Assembly (NCBI GenBank): GCA_964016885.1
Contig: OZ024740.1
Coordinates: forward strand, 144,150,001 to 144,214,000
Reading direction: 5' to 3'
Source: Eledone cirrhosa
Taxonomy: Eukaryota
Length of the DNA stretch: 64,000 nt
Shown here: positions 1 to 11,010 of the stretch, one piece after another
How the letters are laid out: every line of letters begins with the position of its first letter
Numbering within the stretch: position 1 is the first letter of the stretch
The notes under the pieces: generated by a model
The model's input: the letters and a program-made list of their open reading frames with translations, nothing else
What the model was told of the DNA's origin: nothing
The model's database searches: none
Program-made: the position numbers and the translations under genes

Positions 1-100
1 CAAGGCATGGTCAGCCGACCAGACACTGCCCACAACAGGACAACCCGTCTAACCTATGCTAGCGTGGAAGAACGGACGTAAAACGGTGATGATGATGATG
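1..100 (+). mobile_element. 3' end of an RTE-tailed non-autonomous retroelement/SINE with (TGA)n tail
   Basis: Nearly identical to 2297-2400 (caaggcatggtcagccgacc...ggacgtaaaacggtgatgatgatg). The ...GGACGTAAAA(TGA)n end matches the RTE LINE tail at 23920-23960. Confidence 0.75.
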
Positions 101-320
101 ATACATACATATATAAATATATACAAATATATATACATACCTATATAAATATATACAAATATATATACATACCTATATAAATATATACAAATATATATAC
201 ATACCTATATAAATATATACAAATATATATACATACCTATATAAATATATACAAATATATATACATACCTACATAAATATATACAAATATATATACATAC
301 CTACACACACACATATACAT
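101..320. repeat. ~30-bp AT-rich minisatellite (atacatacctatataaatatatacaaatat)n, about 6 units
   Basis: Direct tandem repetition is visible. Confidence 0.9.
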
Positions 321-834
321 ATAAATCAGGATGGATTCAGTTTGAAACTGGCTATACCATTACTCAACAGAGTACTTGATACTTGAGGTAGTAGAGTATG
401 GCTATATTATAAAGAGTCTGGACCCAGACTCTCGAACTAGCAGTTGAAACGGTAAGAGCTCAGCCGTCATAGTTCCCACCCTTTGACGTACACACACATA
501 TATATGGATGGGCCCGTAACTATTGATAGAATCACAGTGACACCGTATTGACATTACAGCATTTTAAGCCTGGCACAGCCCATCCCTCTCCGGGCCTGAG
601 TACAGCAGATTTCTTCCAGAGAAAGATAGAAAGTGAGTGAGAGGAAATGAGAAAGAGATATAGAGGAAGAATCGACCCCAGTACTAGACTGGTACTTTTT
701 TTAATCGACCTCGAAAGGATGAAAGGCAAAGTTGACCTTGGCGGGATTTAAATTCTGAGAGCAAGGAGCCGGAACGATTTCTGCCCTGCCTGTCTCTTCA
801 ATCTTTCTATATCTTTATTTAATTCCACATTCTA

Positions 835-870
835 TTTTCTGATGAAGGGCTAGCGTCCGAAACGTAAAAA
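835..870 (+). ncRNA. Minimal type-I hammerhead ribozyme motif (Penelope-like element pLTR type)
   Basis: TTTT-CTGATGA-A-GGGC(tagc)GTCC-GAAA-CG-TA^AAAA. Core CUGAUGA at 839-845, GAAA at 859-862, 4-bp helix II, helix III reduced to palindromic ACGT, GUA cleavage triplet, short TTTT/AAAA helix I. Confidence 0.6.
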
Positions 871-960
871 CTCTTTTCCTACTATACCAAGCGTAAAACT
901 AATAATATATTTCTTCATTGTTCTGTCTTTTTTTTTTTTTGTTATTTCCGTTTGCCTTTT

Positions 961-1095
<135 letters not shown>

Positions 1096-1435
1096 GGAGG
1101 CACATGGCTTAGTGGTTAGAGCATTGGCCTTGCAATCGAAAGTTGTGAGTTCAATTCTCAGACCGGGTGATGTGTTGTTTCCTTGAGCAAGACACTTTAT
1201 TTCACATTGCTCCAGTTTACTCAGCTGTAGAAATGAGATGATAGGGACTGGGATCTCTATCATTCCACTGCAAAGTGGTCGTGGAGGTGCCACGGCAAAA
1301 AAGCACCCAGCACTCACTGTAAATGAGGTTGGTGTTAGGAAGGGCATCCAGCTGTAGAAATCAAGCCAGAATCAGTTCCCGTCCCACCCTTGCAAGCAGG
1401 GAAAAGTGGACGTAAAATGATGATGATGATGATGA

Positions 1436-1439
<4 letters not shown>
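1096..1439 (+). mobile_element. tRNA-derived SINE with CORE-like segment, RTE 5'UTR-derived body and RTE 3' tail
   Basis: A box TGGCTTAGTGG, B box GAGTTCAATTC, then ccttgagcaagacacttta, then ggtgttaggaagggcatcca. The tail cccgtcccacccttgcaagcagggaaaagtggacgtaaaa(tga)n matches the LINE end at 23890-23960. Further copies at 16045 and 20189. Confidence 0.9.
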
Positions 1440-1472
<33 letters not shown>

Positions 1473-1604
1473 TCCTCCACTTCCACCAAGCGTGAACCTA
1501 ATATAACTGTGTACAATTGCCTCCTGTGATTTGTTCGTTCATTTTCAACTATATATATATATATATAATATATAAGATCAAAAGATGGTTAAAAGAGTTC
1601 CATG

Positions 1605-1675
1605 TATTTTATTATGCGCATTTCAAAAACAAATATCATCATGCGATGACATTTACGTTTTCATCAGATAAAATA
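1605..1675 (-). ncRNA. Type-I hammerhead ribozyme (Penelope-like element type), sense to the ZSWIM8 pre-mRNA
   Basis: Minus strand reads TATTTTAT-CTGATGA-AAACGT-AAATGTCATC(gcat)GATGATATTT-GTTTTT-GAAA-T(gcgc)A-TA^ATAAAATA. 8-bp helix I, intact core, long helix II, 2-bp helix III with palindromic GCGC loop, AUA cleavage triplet. Confidence 0.8.
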
Positions 1676-1804
1676 GGGAGACATGATATGAAGGTTAAAA
1701 AACACTTGTGAATAGTGCATTGCTTTATTGTACTACAATAAAACTCACCTCCTACATTATATATATATATATACATACATGCATAAACACACACACACAT
1801 ATAT

Positions 1805-2400
1805 GCATAAATGAATTGAGAGAGAGAGACTGAGCATAAGACGAATCAAATGCTGTGTGCAGGAAAGGCGGTTGCGTTGGTATGGACATGGGATGCGTAT
1901 GAAGGATGACAGCTGCATAAAAAGGTGCAGAGCATTAGAAGTCGATGGAAACCGCAGAGTGGGGAGACCTAAGATGACCTGGAATGAGGTGATAAAAGCC
2001 GACCTTACCCAATTACACCTCTCAAAGGCGATGACACACGAACGTGACCTCTGGCGTCACGCAGTAATACAGAGTACCCGACCTCCCATGGGTACAAGCT
2101 GAAGCATATAGACAATATGCCCCCCCCCCCACTGCAAGGTGGTCGTGGAGGTGCCACGGCAAAAAAGCACCCAGCCCACACTGTAAAGTGGACGTGTAGG
2201 CGCCACGAAAAAGCACACAGCACTCACTGTAAATGAGGTTGGTGTTAGGAAGGGCATCCAGCTGTAGAAATCAAGCCAAATCAGTTCCTGTATGAGCAAG
2301 GCATGGTCAGCCGACCAGACACTGCCCACAACAGGACAACCCGTCTAACACATGCTAGCGTGGAAGAACGGACGTAAAACGGTGATGATGATGATGATGA
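1805..2400 (+). mobile_element. 5'-truncated RTE LINE C-terminal fragment followed by an RTE-type SINE body and tail
   Basis: ORF 1857-2102 (ERRLRWYGH..MKDDSCIKRC..GRPKMTW) is homologous to the C-termini of 18436-19578 and 21967-23928. Ends in (TGA)n. Confidence 0.85.
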
Positions 2401-2591
2401 TATATATATGTATGCATCATTATATATATGTATATATGCATACATATGTATGCATACATATATATATATACATATATATGTATGCATACATACATATATA
2501 TATATACACATATGCATACATACATATATATATATATATACACATATGCATACATATATATATATACAACAATATGACCCTCCCCAAGTAT

Positions 2592-2656
<65 letters not shown>

Positions 2657-2899
2657 CATATATACACACACACACACATAGAGAGAGACGTTTCTCGCTG
2701 TAATTACTTTATCTGAGAGAGAGAGGAGGGCGTCTGTGTATGTATCTAATAACACACGAGAAGAGACAAAATATATGCTATATGAGTCAAAAGATTTAGG
2801 ATAGAAGCGTGAGGGGGATTGGATGGACAAACAGAGTTGAATAAAAAAAAAATTAAGAATAAGACAAGACAACAGATACACACTGAAATAAATAAATAA

Positions 2900-2962
<63 letters not shown>

Positions 2963-3499
2963 TGTAATTAGTGTATGTTGGTTAATATCCTATAACCGAA
3001 AAAGAGTTCTTGCCGTTTTAATACACACATATATATATATATGTGTATATATATATGCCTAAACATGTCTTTTCACTCGCATTCGAGGAAGATGATAATG
3101 TGACTATTAAAAAGAATAATGTTTACGACAGTGGCTCTTAGAGCATGCCAGACTTCTATATATCTTTCGACAGACATCACAAACAAAGCTGCATATGTGT
3201 GTACATTATTATGCAGAGGTGTATTCTGATGTCTAGTACTGTCTATTTAAACCACCAATAGAATTGCATGCCACGGAGACTAAATGATGACGATACACAC
3301 ACACACACACACTTTCTTGATGATTTCAAACACAACACATCAAGCCCAGTAGAAATCATTTCTACATAAAATAAATATGCACCTTCTCTACGAATGTATT
3401 GAGTACCTCATTTAACTGGTTCCCTACCGTTCCTCTTAAGAAAACCATTCTTATATATAAAATTAGAATTTTCTTTCTCGCCGTAGCATGCTTACATAA

Positions 3500-3549
<50 letters not shown>

Positions 3550-3645
3550 CGTGTAATGTTAAATGAATGACCAAAGTTCATTGAGCTTTTTTTAATCGTT
3601 TTGTCAAGTCAAAATTAAGTGGATCTCTTCACTTATTAATCTTTG

Positions 3646-3861
3646 TTTATATATGTGCGTGTGTTGAGTGCTGACAGTTTCGAATGTGTCCCCCCGTTGT
3701 TTAAACCACAGTGCAGCTTTATATGTGTGCGTGTGTTGAGTGCTGACAGTTTCGAATGTGTCCCCCCGTTGTTTAAACCACAGTGCAGCTTTATATGTGT
3801 GTGTGTGTTGAATGCTGACAGTTTCGAATGTGTCCCCCCGTTGTTTAAACCACAGTGCAGC
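3646..3861. repeat. 72-bp tandem repeat, 3 copies
   Basis: Unit ...gtgttgagtgctgacagtttcgaatgtgtccccccgttgtttaaaccacagtgcagc is repeated three times. The ORF track shows 24-aa periodicity. Confidence 0.92.
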
Positions 3862-4559
3862 TTGCTCGTGAAAAATAATATGCAAATGGCTGAACATTCC
3901 ACATACAAGTGCGCTCAAAAGGCAGTTTTCAGCGCAACACTGGGTCTTTGAATTACAAGAAGTGATTGTTGCCAGCTGAATGAACTGGAGTACATAAATT
4001 CAAAACATCTTCACGAATATATATCTGCGCACAGGCATATTACATGGAGACAAATACGTTTGGTGTTGTGTGTGAGGGGCATTACCGAGTAGAAAAAAAA
4101 GTGCTGGGTTCATCATATTTATGAGTTTTGTACAATGAAAATATCAGCTCAGAATGTTTATGAATTGGCTTAGTTTGAAAAACAAGATTCCATACGATTG
4201 AACAACGCAGTTATGACATTTCTTTTTGTTATAATTGTAGGATTTCGTATGCATTAGTCCATTTTTTAAAAATAGTTGTATATTAATTTATTGAATTAAA
4301 ATAACATTACTAGTGCGTAAATAACATGTTAAATAGTTCGCAATTCGTTTAGAACAGAGGTTCTCAGGTAATACCCTCAGCGCCCCCCACCATCTGCTAG
4401 GTTTAAAATGGAACATAATTACAAGTTCTGATATAAAAGCATGACAGAATATTCAAATTTATATATGGACACTTTAAAATGCACAGATTTGTATTATAAA
4501 ACTAGGGTGGTCTTGCACAGATTAGTATCAAAAGGGTTAATGAAACTGGCTAATCCATT

Positions 4560-4825
4560 GTCACAATATAGGTCAATTTTATTGAAGTCAATGTTTGTAT
4601 AATTCAGAGACTAATTCTATGATAGGACTGTGGCTCCCTATCATTAAAACATCTAAGAAATCAGAGACATAACCTGAGATTGCAAATCTTTGTGCTGTAG
4701 ACGAACACAAGCTTATGGTGAAAGATCCTTTTGGGTCAAAACTCTTGACACATGCTAAATCTTTATTAAAGAGCAATGCTTTGCTCATGTGCATTACTAT
4801 TTTTATATCACCATCATCCACATTT
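4560..4825 (-). pseudogene. Decayed Penelope-like element reverse transcriptase fragment
   Basis: IVMHMSKALLFNKDLACVK..GSF resembles the PLE RT segment I.H..KSLLF....WVK....FD..MGSYDGAEICELVG, followed by FLDV. Frameshifted. Judged from motif memory only. Confidence 0.45.
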
Positions 4826-5243
4826 TAATATAATATAGTGTATTACATAGTAAAGATTTAAAAATAAAATGTTAAATTGTATAAATTTGGCATCATGTTT
4901 GTTGTTGCTAACACTAAATCAGAAATCACATCATTACTCATGGTCCACTGTTAAAAATTAGGGTTTGCTAAACGGGATTTGAACTCAGACCATAAAGGGC
5001 CGTAACTCTGCAAAGCATGGCGTCCGACCCTCTACCGATACTGCCAGCATCTGAACATGTATAATACACACTGATACATAGACAGACATACAAGTATGTG
5101 TATATACACTAGTCTATTCATGGACCCAGAATTCTTGTTGGAGTTGTTGGGGAACTGTTTTATCATACAGTGTGTCATGGGCATTTATATCTGGTAGAGC
5201 CAATTTCTTAGAGAGAAAGAGAGGTTTATGAGAACATTAGATA

Positions 5244-5569
5244 GAATGTTCAAATTCTGCTAAGATCAACTTTAGAGGTTGATAAAGTATCCATTTCAAT
5301 ACTGAGATTGTTTCTGATGAAAACAGTGGGATTGATTAATTTTACTGATGATAATAATTTGAAGTTGATCATGTTTAGTGTTTAATTATATCATTGTTTT
5401 AGGATCGTTTCAAAAGGTTGAATGAACCATCATAATATTGATATATTGACCAATCAATAGCAGCTATGTGACTTCACACTATTAACATCACTAATATAAA
5501 TCAATCCCCCTGTTTTCATCAGAAACTTTATCAACCTTGAAAGCTGATCTTGGCAGAAATTGAACTTTC
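5244..5569. repeat. Long imperfect inverted repeat (fold-back) built from SINE-tail-like sequence
   Basis: gttcaaattctgctaagatcaacttt..ggttgataaagt..ttctgatgaaaacagtgggattgat (5248-5336) is mirrored by atcaatccccctgttttcatcagaaactttatcaacc..aagctgatcttggcagaaattgaac (5500-5565). Confidence 0.75.
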
Positions 5570-6109
5570 CATACAATGTTATCATATATGCGTGCGTGTA
5601 TTTGTATGTACATATGTATCTATCTATCTATATACTGGGCTCTTTATAAATCAACATATAGAGAGAAGTACACATAGAGATATGTGTTTAATCATAGGGG
5701 ATCAAAAACCACCAGTGACGAACATATTACCTATGGAAGGAATGATGAATATAAATCAATAAAATGCTAACCGTTCGATTATAACAATAACACCCAGACA
5801 TGCTCAAATAAGAGTATGTTTTGCTATAAGTGAAGAATCCATATTGTAGATGTAGCTCATTGGCGGTTGCCTAGCAATATGATCGACACTTCTATAAAAA
5901 ATATATCAGATAACTAAGAAAACACGCATGGTACAGAGGAAAGACATGTGCGTTTTATAGCCCATGGTGGTGTGAATAGACCAAAAGACCGCTAAAAAGA
6001 GCAGCGCAGAACCATTCAACTTTAGAAGCTCTACTTACATAGAAATGAATCAGGAGCCAAAATTTCAAATTAATTAATGAACTCTTATTCCTCGCTTTAG
6101 TCATTGTTA

Positions 6110-6380
6110 ACCCTAACTTTGCTGACTGCTCCCCTTACATGGCTTGTACAGCCATCACAAGACATTCATCTACTCCTAGTTTTCTAAGAGCCCACGAGAT
6201 AATAGCACAGGGCACTCTGTCGAAGGCTTTTTCCAGATCGACAAATGCCAGGTAGAGTGGCTTACTTTTAACTAGGTACTTTTGCTGTAACTGCCTCACA
6301 AGGAAGAGAGTAGCAGTGGTGCTTTTGCCTGGAACAAACCCAAACTGCATCTCATCTAGTTTTACCCACTCCCTAATAAG
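6110..6380 (-). mobile_element. Inverted RTE LINE RT fragment
   Basis: ORF 6135-6350: MQFGFVPGKSTT..LYLAFVDLEKAFDRVP. Confidence 0.9.
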
Positions 6381-6439
6381 CTATATATATATAGCTTATT
6401 AGGAAGGGGTAACACATACATACATAATATATATATAAT

Positions 6440-9300
6440 GGTCATGTTGGACAACATTGTGATGGCTATGATGGAGTCCATGGAGGTTATGGGTTTGGTA
6501 CTAGAAATGAGGAAGGCTTTAGGATCCTGGAATTCTGTGACACAAACTTCAAAAAACCTGACAGTCATTTGATCACTTATAGATCAGGGTAGCACACCAA
6601 CCAGATATACTTTATCCTTACTGGAAAATGAGACAAAGTGTCTCTTATGAACACTAAGTCCCTCCCTCGCAAAGAATGCGCCTCCCAACATAACTTAATA
6701 GTTAGTGATCTCATAGTCAGGGCCAGACGTACTTGCCAGCAGAGGAATACCTTAAGGAGAAGATTATGGAAGTTGAAGAACCCCACAGCCAGTAACAAAT
6801 TTAAAAGCATATTACTTGATGCTTTTGATAGTAAGGAAGAGCAATTAGAGACATACAATATAGAGGAACAGTGGGAATTCCTGAAAGTTAACCTGTTGAA
6901 GGCGACTGATGAAATCTGTGGCTGGAGCAGACCGTTAGGCAGGAGGAGAGTGACATGGTTGAGGAGTCCATCAAGGGCAAAAAGCAGGCTTAGAAAGAAT
7001 GGCAATGATGGGGGTAGTAGAGAACTCTATCGGGTAGCTAGGAGAGGAGCTACACAACAAGTATACTTTGCAAAGAGGGAAGCAGAGGATAGTAAATTTA
7101 AGCAGATTCTACAGCATGAGGACCAAAGACGTGAGGTGTTCATGATTGCGAGGCAATGTGTCAAGGAGAATTGCGATATTGTCATGGAGACGTGGGTCCA
7201 TAATGACGATGGTATACTTGCCCTCACTGATACTGATGAGAAGGTAGCTTGGAAGTGTCAATACGAGAGACTACTGAATGAGGAGAATGAATGGAATAAA
7301 GATAGTCTGCCCCACATTTATCCAACAGAAGGACCAGCTGTGCAAATTAATGGTAGTATAGTAAGTAAGGCAATCTGAGATATGAAGACAGGCAAGGCAG
7401 CTGAACCTTCAGGGATAGTTGCTGAAATGTTGAAGGTATCTGGAATGGTGGGACATACTATGGTCACCCGGATAGTAAACCAAGTAATACAGAATGGGGT
7501 CATACCAAATGACTGGTGTAGCAGCATCATCGTCAACTGTTACAAGGGTAAAGGAGACACTCTGGATAGTGGAAACTATAGAGACATTAAATTAGTTGAC
7601 CAGGTCATGAAAGTCACAGAAAGAGTTATTACTCAACTGATTAGAGACTGAATTGATCTAGATGAAATGCAGTTTGGGTTTGTGCCAGATAAAAGTACCA
7701 CAGATGCTCTTTTCCTAGTACGGCAACTACAGGAGAAGTACCTCCTAGCTAACAGTAAACCCCTCTACTTAACTTTTGTTGACCTGGAGGAGGCCTTTGA
7801 CAGAGTCCCACGCACCTTAATTTGGTGGGCTCTTAGAAAACTAGGAGTGGAAGAATGGCTTGTGATAGCTATACAAGCCATGATAATGGAACAGTCAGCA
7901 AGGTTAGAATTAACAATGAATATAGTGAAGAATTTAGTGTAATAGTAGGGGGTTCACCAAGGCTCTGTCCTTAGCCCCGCCTCCTGTTTATTATTGTCCT
8001 ACAGGCTATAACAGAAGGGTTTAAGACTGGCTGCCCATGGGAACTTCTATATGCAGTTGATCTAACTCTCATAGCTGAATCCAAGGCTGGACTAGAGAAG
8101 AACTTCCAAACATGGAAGCATGACCTAGAATCAACTTGTCTAAGACTAAAGTTCTAGTATGTAGAAAGGAGAATAGGGCACAGATACCCTCTGGGAAATG
8201 GCCATGCTCAGTGTGTAAGAAAGGAGTAGGTAGCAATTAGCAATTCCATTCTATGTTCCAAATGCAAACTATGGGTACATAAAAGATGTAGTGGGATCAC
8301 AGGTAAGCTTTCTAAGAATGTAGATTTTATATGTGGCCGATGCTCAAGTGCAGTAAGTAGAAAGAACCCACTGGATGCTATCTCCTTCAACTGCCCAATT
8401 GGTTCTGTAGAAATAGTAGACACTTTCCGTTACTTGGGTGACAAAGTCAGCAGTGGAGGAGGGTTCTCTGAAAGTGTAGTAGCCAGAGTTAGAACGGGAT
8501 GGAAAAAGTTCAGAGAGCTAATACCACTGTTGGACACAAGGGGTTTTTCTCTAAAAGTGAAAGGTAGATTGTAAGATGCTTGTATACGGATGGCGATATT
8601 ACATGGTAGTGAGACCTGGGCGTTGTGTGCTGAAGACTTGTGTAGATTAGAAAGAAATGAAGCTTGCATGCTCCGATGAATGTGTAATAGCGAAGCATAA
8701 ACGAATGGAGAGAGAGATTAAGCATAAGAGGTATCAAATGTGTTCTGGTGAGGAGATTGTGTTGGTATGGCCATGTGATGCGTATGAAGGACGACAGCTG
8801 TATAAATAAGTGCAGGGCAATGAAAATTGATGGAAGTTAGGGAGTGGGTAGACCAAGAGAAACCTGGGACGAGGTGATAAAAACTGACCTTGCTCACTTA
8901 CACCTCTCTATGACAATGTCACTGGATCGAGATCTTTGGCGCCATGCAGTTGTACAGAAGACCCACTTTCCCTTGCATACAAACCTACCGTCAGTAGGCA
9001 CCTCTTAACTCAATATACACCGACACCCCATCCTACCATTTCCGTCCATTGTGTCGGTGAAAACAAAAAGCACACAGTCCAAACTGTAAAGTGGTCGTGT
9101 AGGAGACACAGTAAAAAGGCTCCCAGTCCACACTCTCAAAATGGTTGGTATTAAGATGCGCATCCAGCCGTAGAAAACCTGCCAGAGACACTTCCGTACA
9201 AGCAAGATACGGTCTCCCGATCAATCCCACATCAAATGGAATAAGACCTTCTAACCCATGCTAGCGTAGAAGATGGGCGTTAAATGATGATGATGATGAT
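6440..9300 (+). mobile_element. Degenerate RTE LINE (PHD-containing family) with 3' SINE-like segment and (TGA)n tail
   Basis: Broken ORFs 6638-7378, 7382-7651 and 7667-7942 align with the copies at 16567 and 20860. PHD remnant at ~8205-8345. Multiple stops and frameshifts. Confidence 0.9.
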
Positions 9301-9304
9301 GATA

Positions 9305-9354
<50 letters not shown>

Positions 9355-9358
<4 letters not shown>

Positions 9359-10245
9359 CTGAGAGTGAACATAGCTAAAACAAAAGATAAGTAGAAAAGA
9401 GGACAAAACTCTGATTCCATCAGGGAAATGGCCATGTTCGATATGTAGAAACGGAACAGGCATAAATTCTATAAAATGTATGCAATGCAGATCTTGGATA
9501 CACAAGAGATGTAGTGGGGTAGCAGGCAAACTAACAGGTAGGGAAAACTACGTAGAAAACAGTAGATGTACAGGAAAGTTGACAGTAGTAATCGCAGTGA
9601 TAGACACATCTTTAAAATACAGGTGGGTTCTATAGAAATGGTTGATAGGTTCCGGTACATAGGTGATCAGATTAGCATGGGGGGGAGGGGTTCCGCGCCA
9701 TAGTATCTAGAATAAGGACAGGCTGGAAGAAGTTTAGGGAGCTGCTTCCTCTGTTGAAAAAGAAGGGTTTCTCCCTGCGTACGAAAGGCCGGTTATATGA
9801 TGATGCCTGTGTGAGATGCGCGATGATGCATGGTAGTGAGACATGGGCAGCAACTACAAAGGATATGCGATGACTGGAGAAATGAAGCATGCTCCGTTGG
9901 ATGTGCAATGTCAATGTGCGTGAACGAACAAGCATTCCTGAGTTGAGAGAGAAACTGTGTAGAGGGATAAGTTGTAATGTGCGGGGGAGAAGACTGTGGT
10001 GGTATGGACATGTGATGCGCATAGAGGTTGACCACTGGGTAAAGAAGTGCCAAGAAATCCCAATAGAAAGAAGACGCAGAGACCACGAAAAACATCGGCG
10101 AAGGTGGTGAGAGCAGACATCAGATCACTGAAGCCCACGGAGGAAATGACGAAGGACCATGACAAGTGGAGAGATGCTGTGCTGAATAGGACCCGTACCA
10201 CACTTGCAAGAAGGGAAAAGCGGATGTAAAATGATGATGATAATG
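9355..10245 (+). mobile_element. 5'-truncated degenerate RTE LINE (same subfamily as 20645-23960)
   Basis: High nucleotide similarity to 23040-23945, including the PHD-coding segment and the cttgcaag..aagcggatgtaaaatgatgat tail. Confidence 0.9.
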
Positions 10246-10562
10246 ATATATATATATATCTTTTACCTATTATATACCTACACTTTCTTCAGAGTCCCGA
10301 CTACAGTTTCGCCGATCTGTGTGGACCAATTCCTGCACTTTAAAAGTGCATCATCGCTGTTAGGTTGATATGGCTTATCAAGAGACCACTCAGAAAAATA
10401 TATACATATACACATATATATATATATATACACATATATATATAATAATATGTAATCCATGTGCAACCATGCAGTATTCTTCTCCCCTTGTTTTTCATAT
10501 ATATATATATGTATATAGTGACGAAACATAAGTCAATTGCATGAACTCATAATCCTTTATTT

Positions 10563-10618
10563 ACTGCTATATATATTTCAATGAGAGCCATTGAATGGCT
10601 ATGACCTCATCAGGCAGT
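10563..10618 (-). ncRNA. Type-I hammerhead ribozyme motif, sense to the ZSWIM8 pre-mRNA
   Basis: Minus strand reads ACTGC-CTGATGA-GGTCAT-AGCCA(ttcaa)TGGCT-CTCATT-GAAA-T(atat)A-TA^GCAGT. 5-bp helix I ACTGC/GCAGT, intact core, AUA triplet. The base of helix II is weakened by G-U pairs. Confidence 0.65.
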
Positions 10619-10969
10619 TAGTCAGTTCTTAGATATGCCAGCTCTGTGTTTATAGTGTTGATGGTATCAGAGCCTTGGGACATATGAGCTTGTTAGGAAT
10701 AAATTAATGTTGTCATTAAACTAAACTTCTTCCAGCCTGTCCTTATTCTAGATACTATGGCGTCGGAAACCCACCCCACCATGCTAATCTGATCACCTAT
10801 GTACAGGAAGCTATCAACCATTTCTATAGAACCCACCTGCATTATATATATATACACACATATATATATACACATATATATATATATACACATATATATA
10901 TATATATACACACATATATATATATATACACACATATATATATATACACACATATATATATATATATAT

Positions 10970-11010
<41 letters not shown>

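Noticed and set aside
350-403. let-7 microRNA gene
   Set aside because: Only nt 1-11 match with a deletion afterwards, and the let-7-like sequence would be on the 3' arm of a poor hairpin, unlike true let-7 precursors.
1096-1170. tRNA gene (A and B boxes, ttgcaa loop)
   Set aside because: No proper acceptor stem or terminator; it continues into the SINE body and is present in three copies.
3646-3861. Regularly spaced repeats as a CRISPR array or repeat protein
   Set aside because: Units are contiguous with no unique spacers, the context is eukaryotic, and there are no cas genes.
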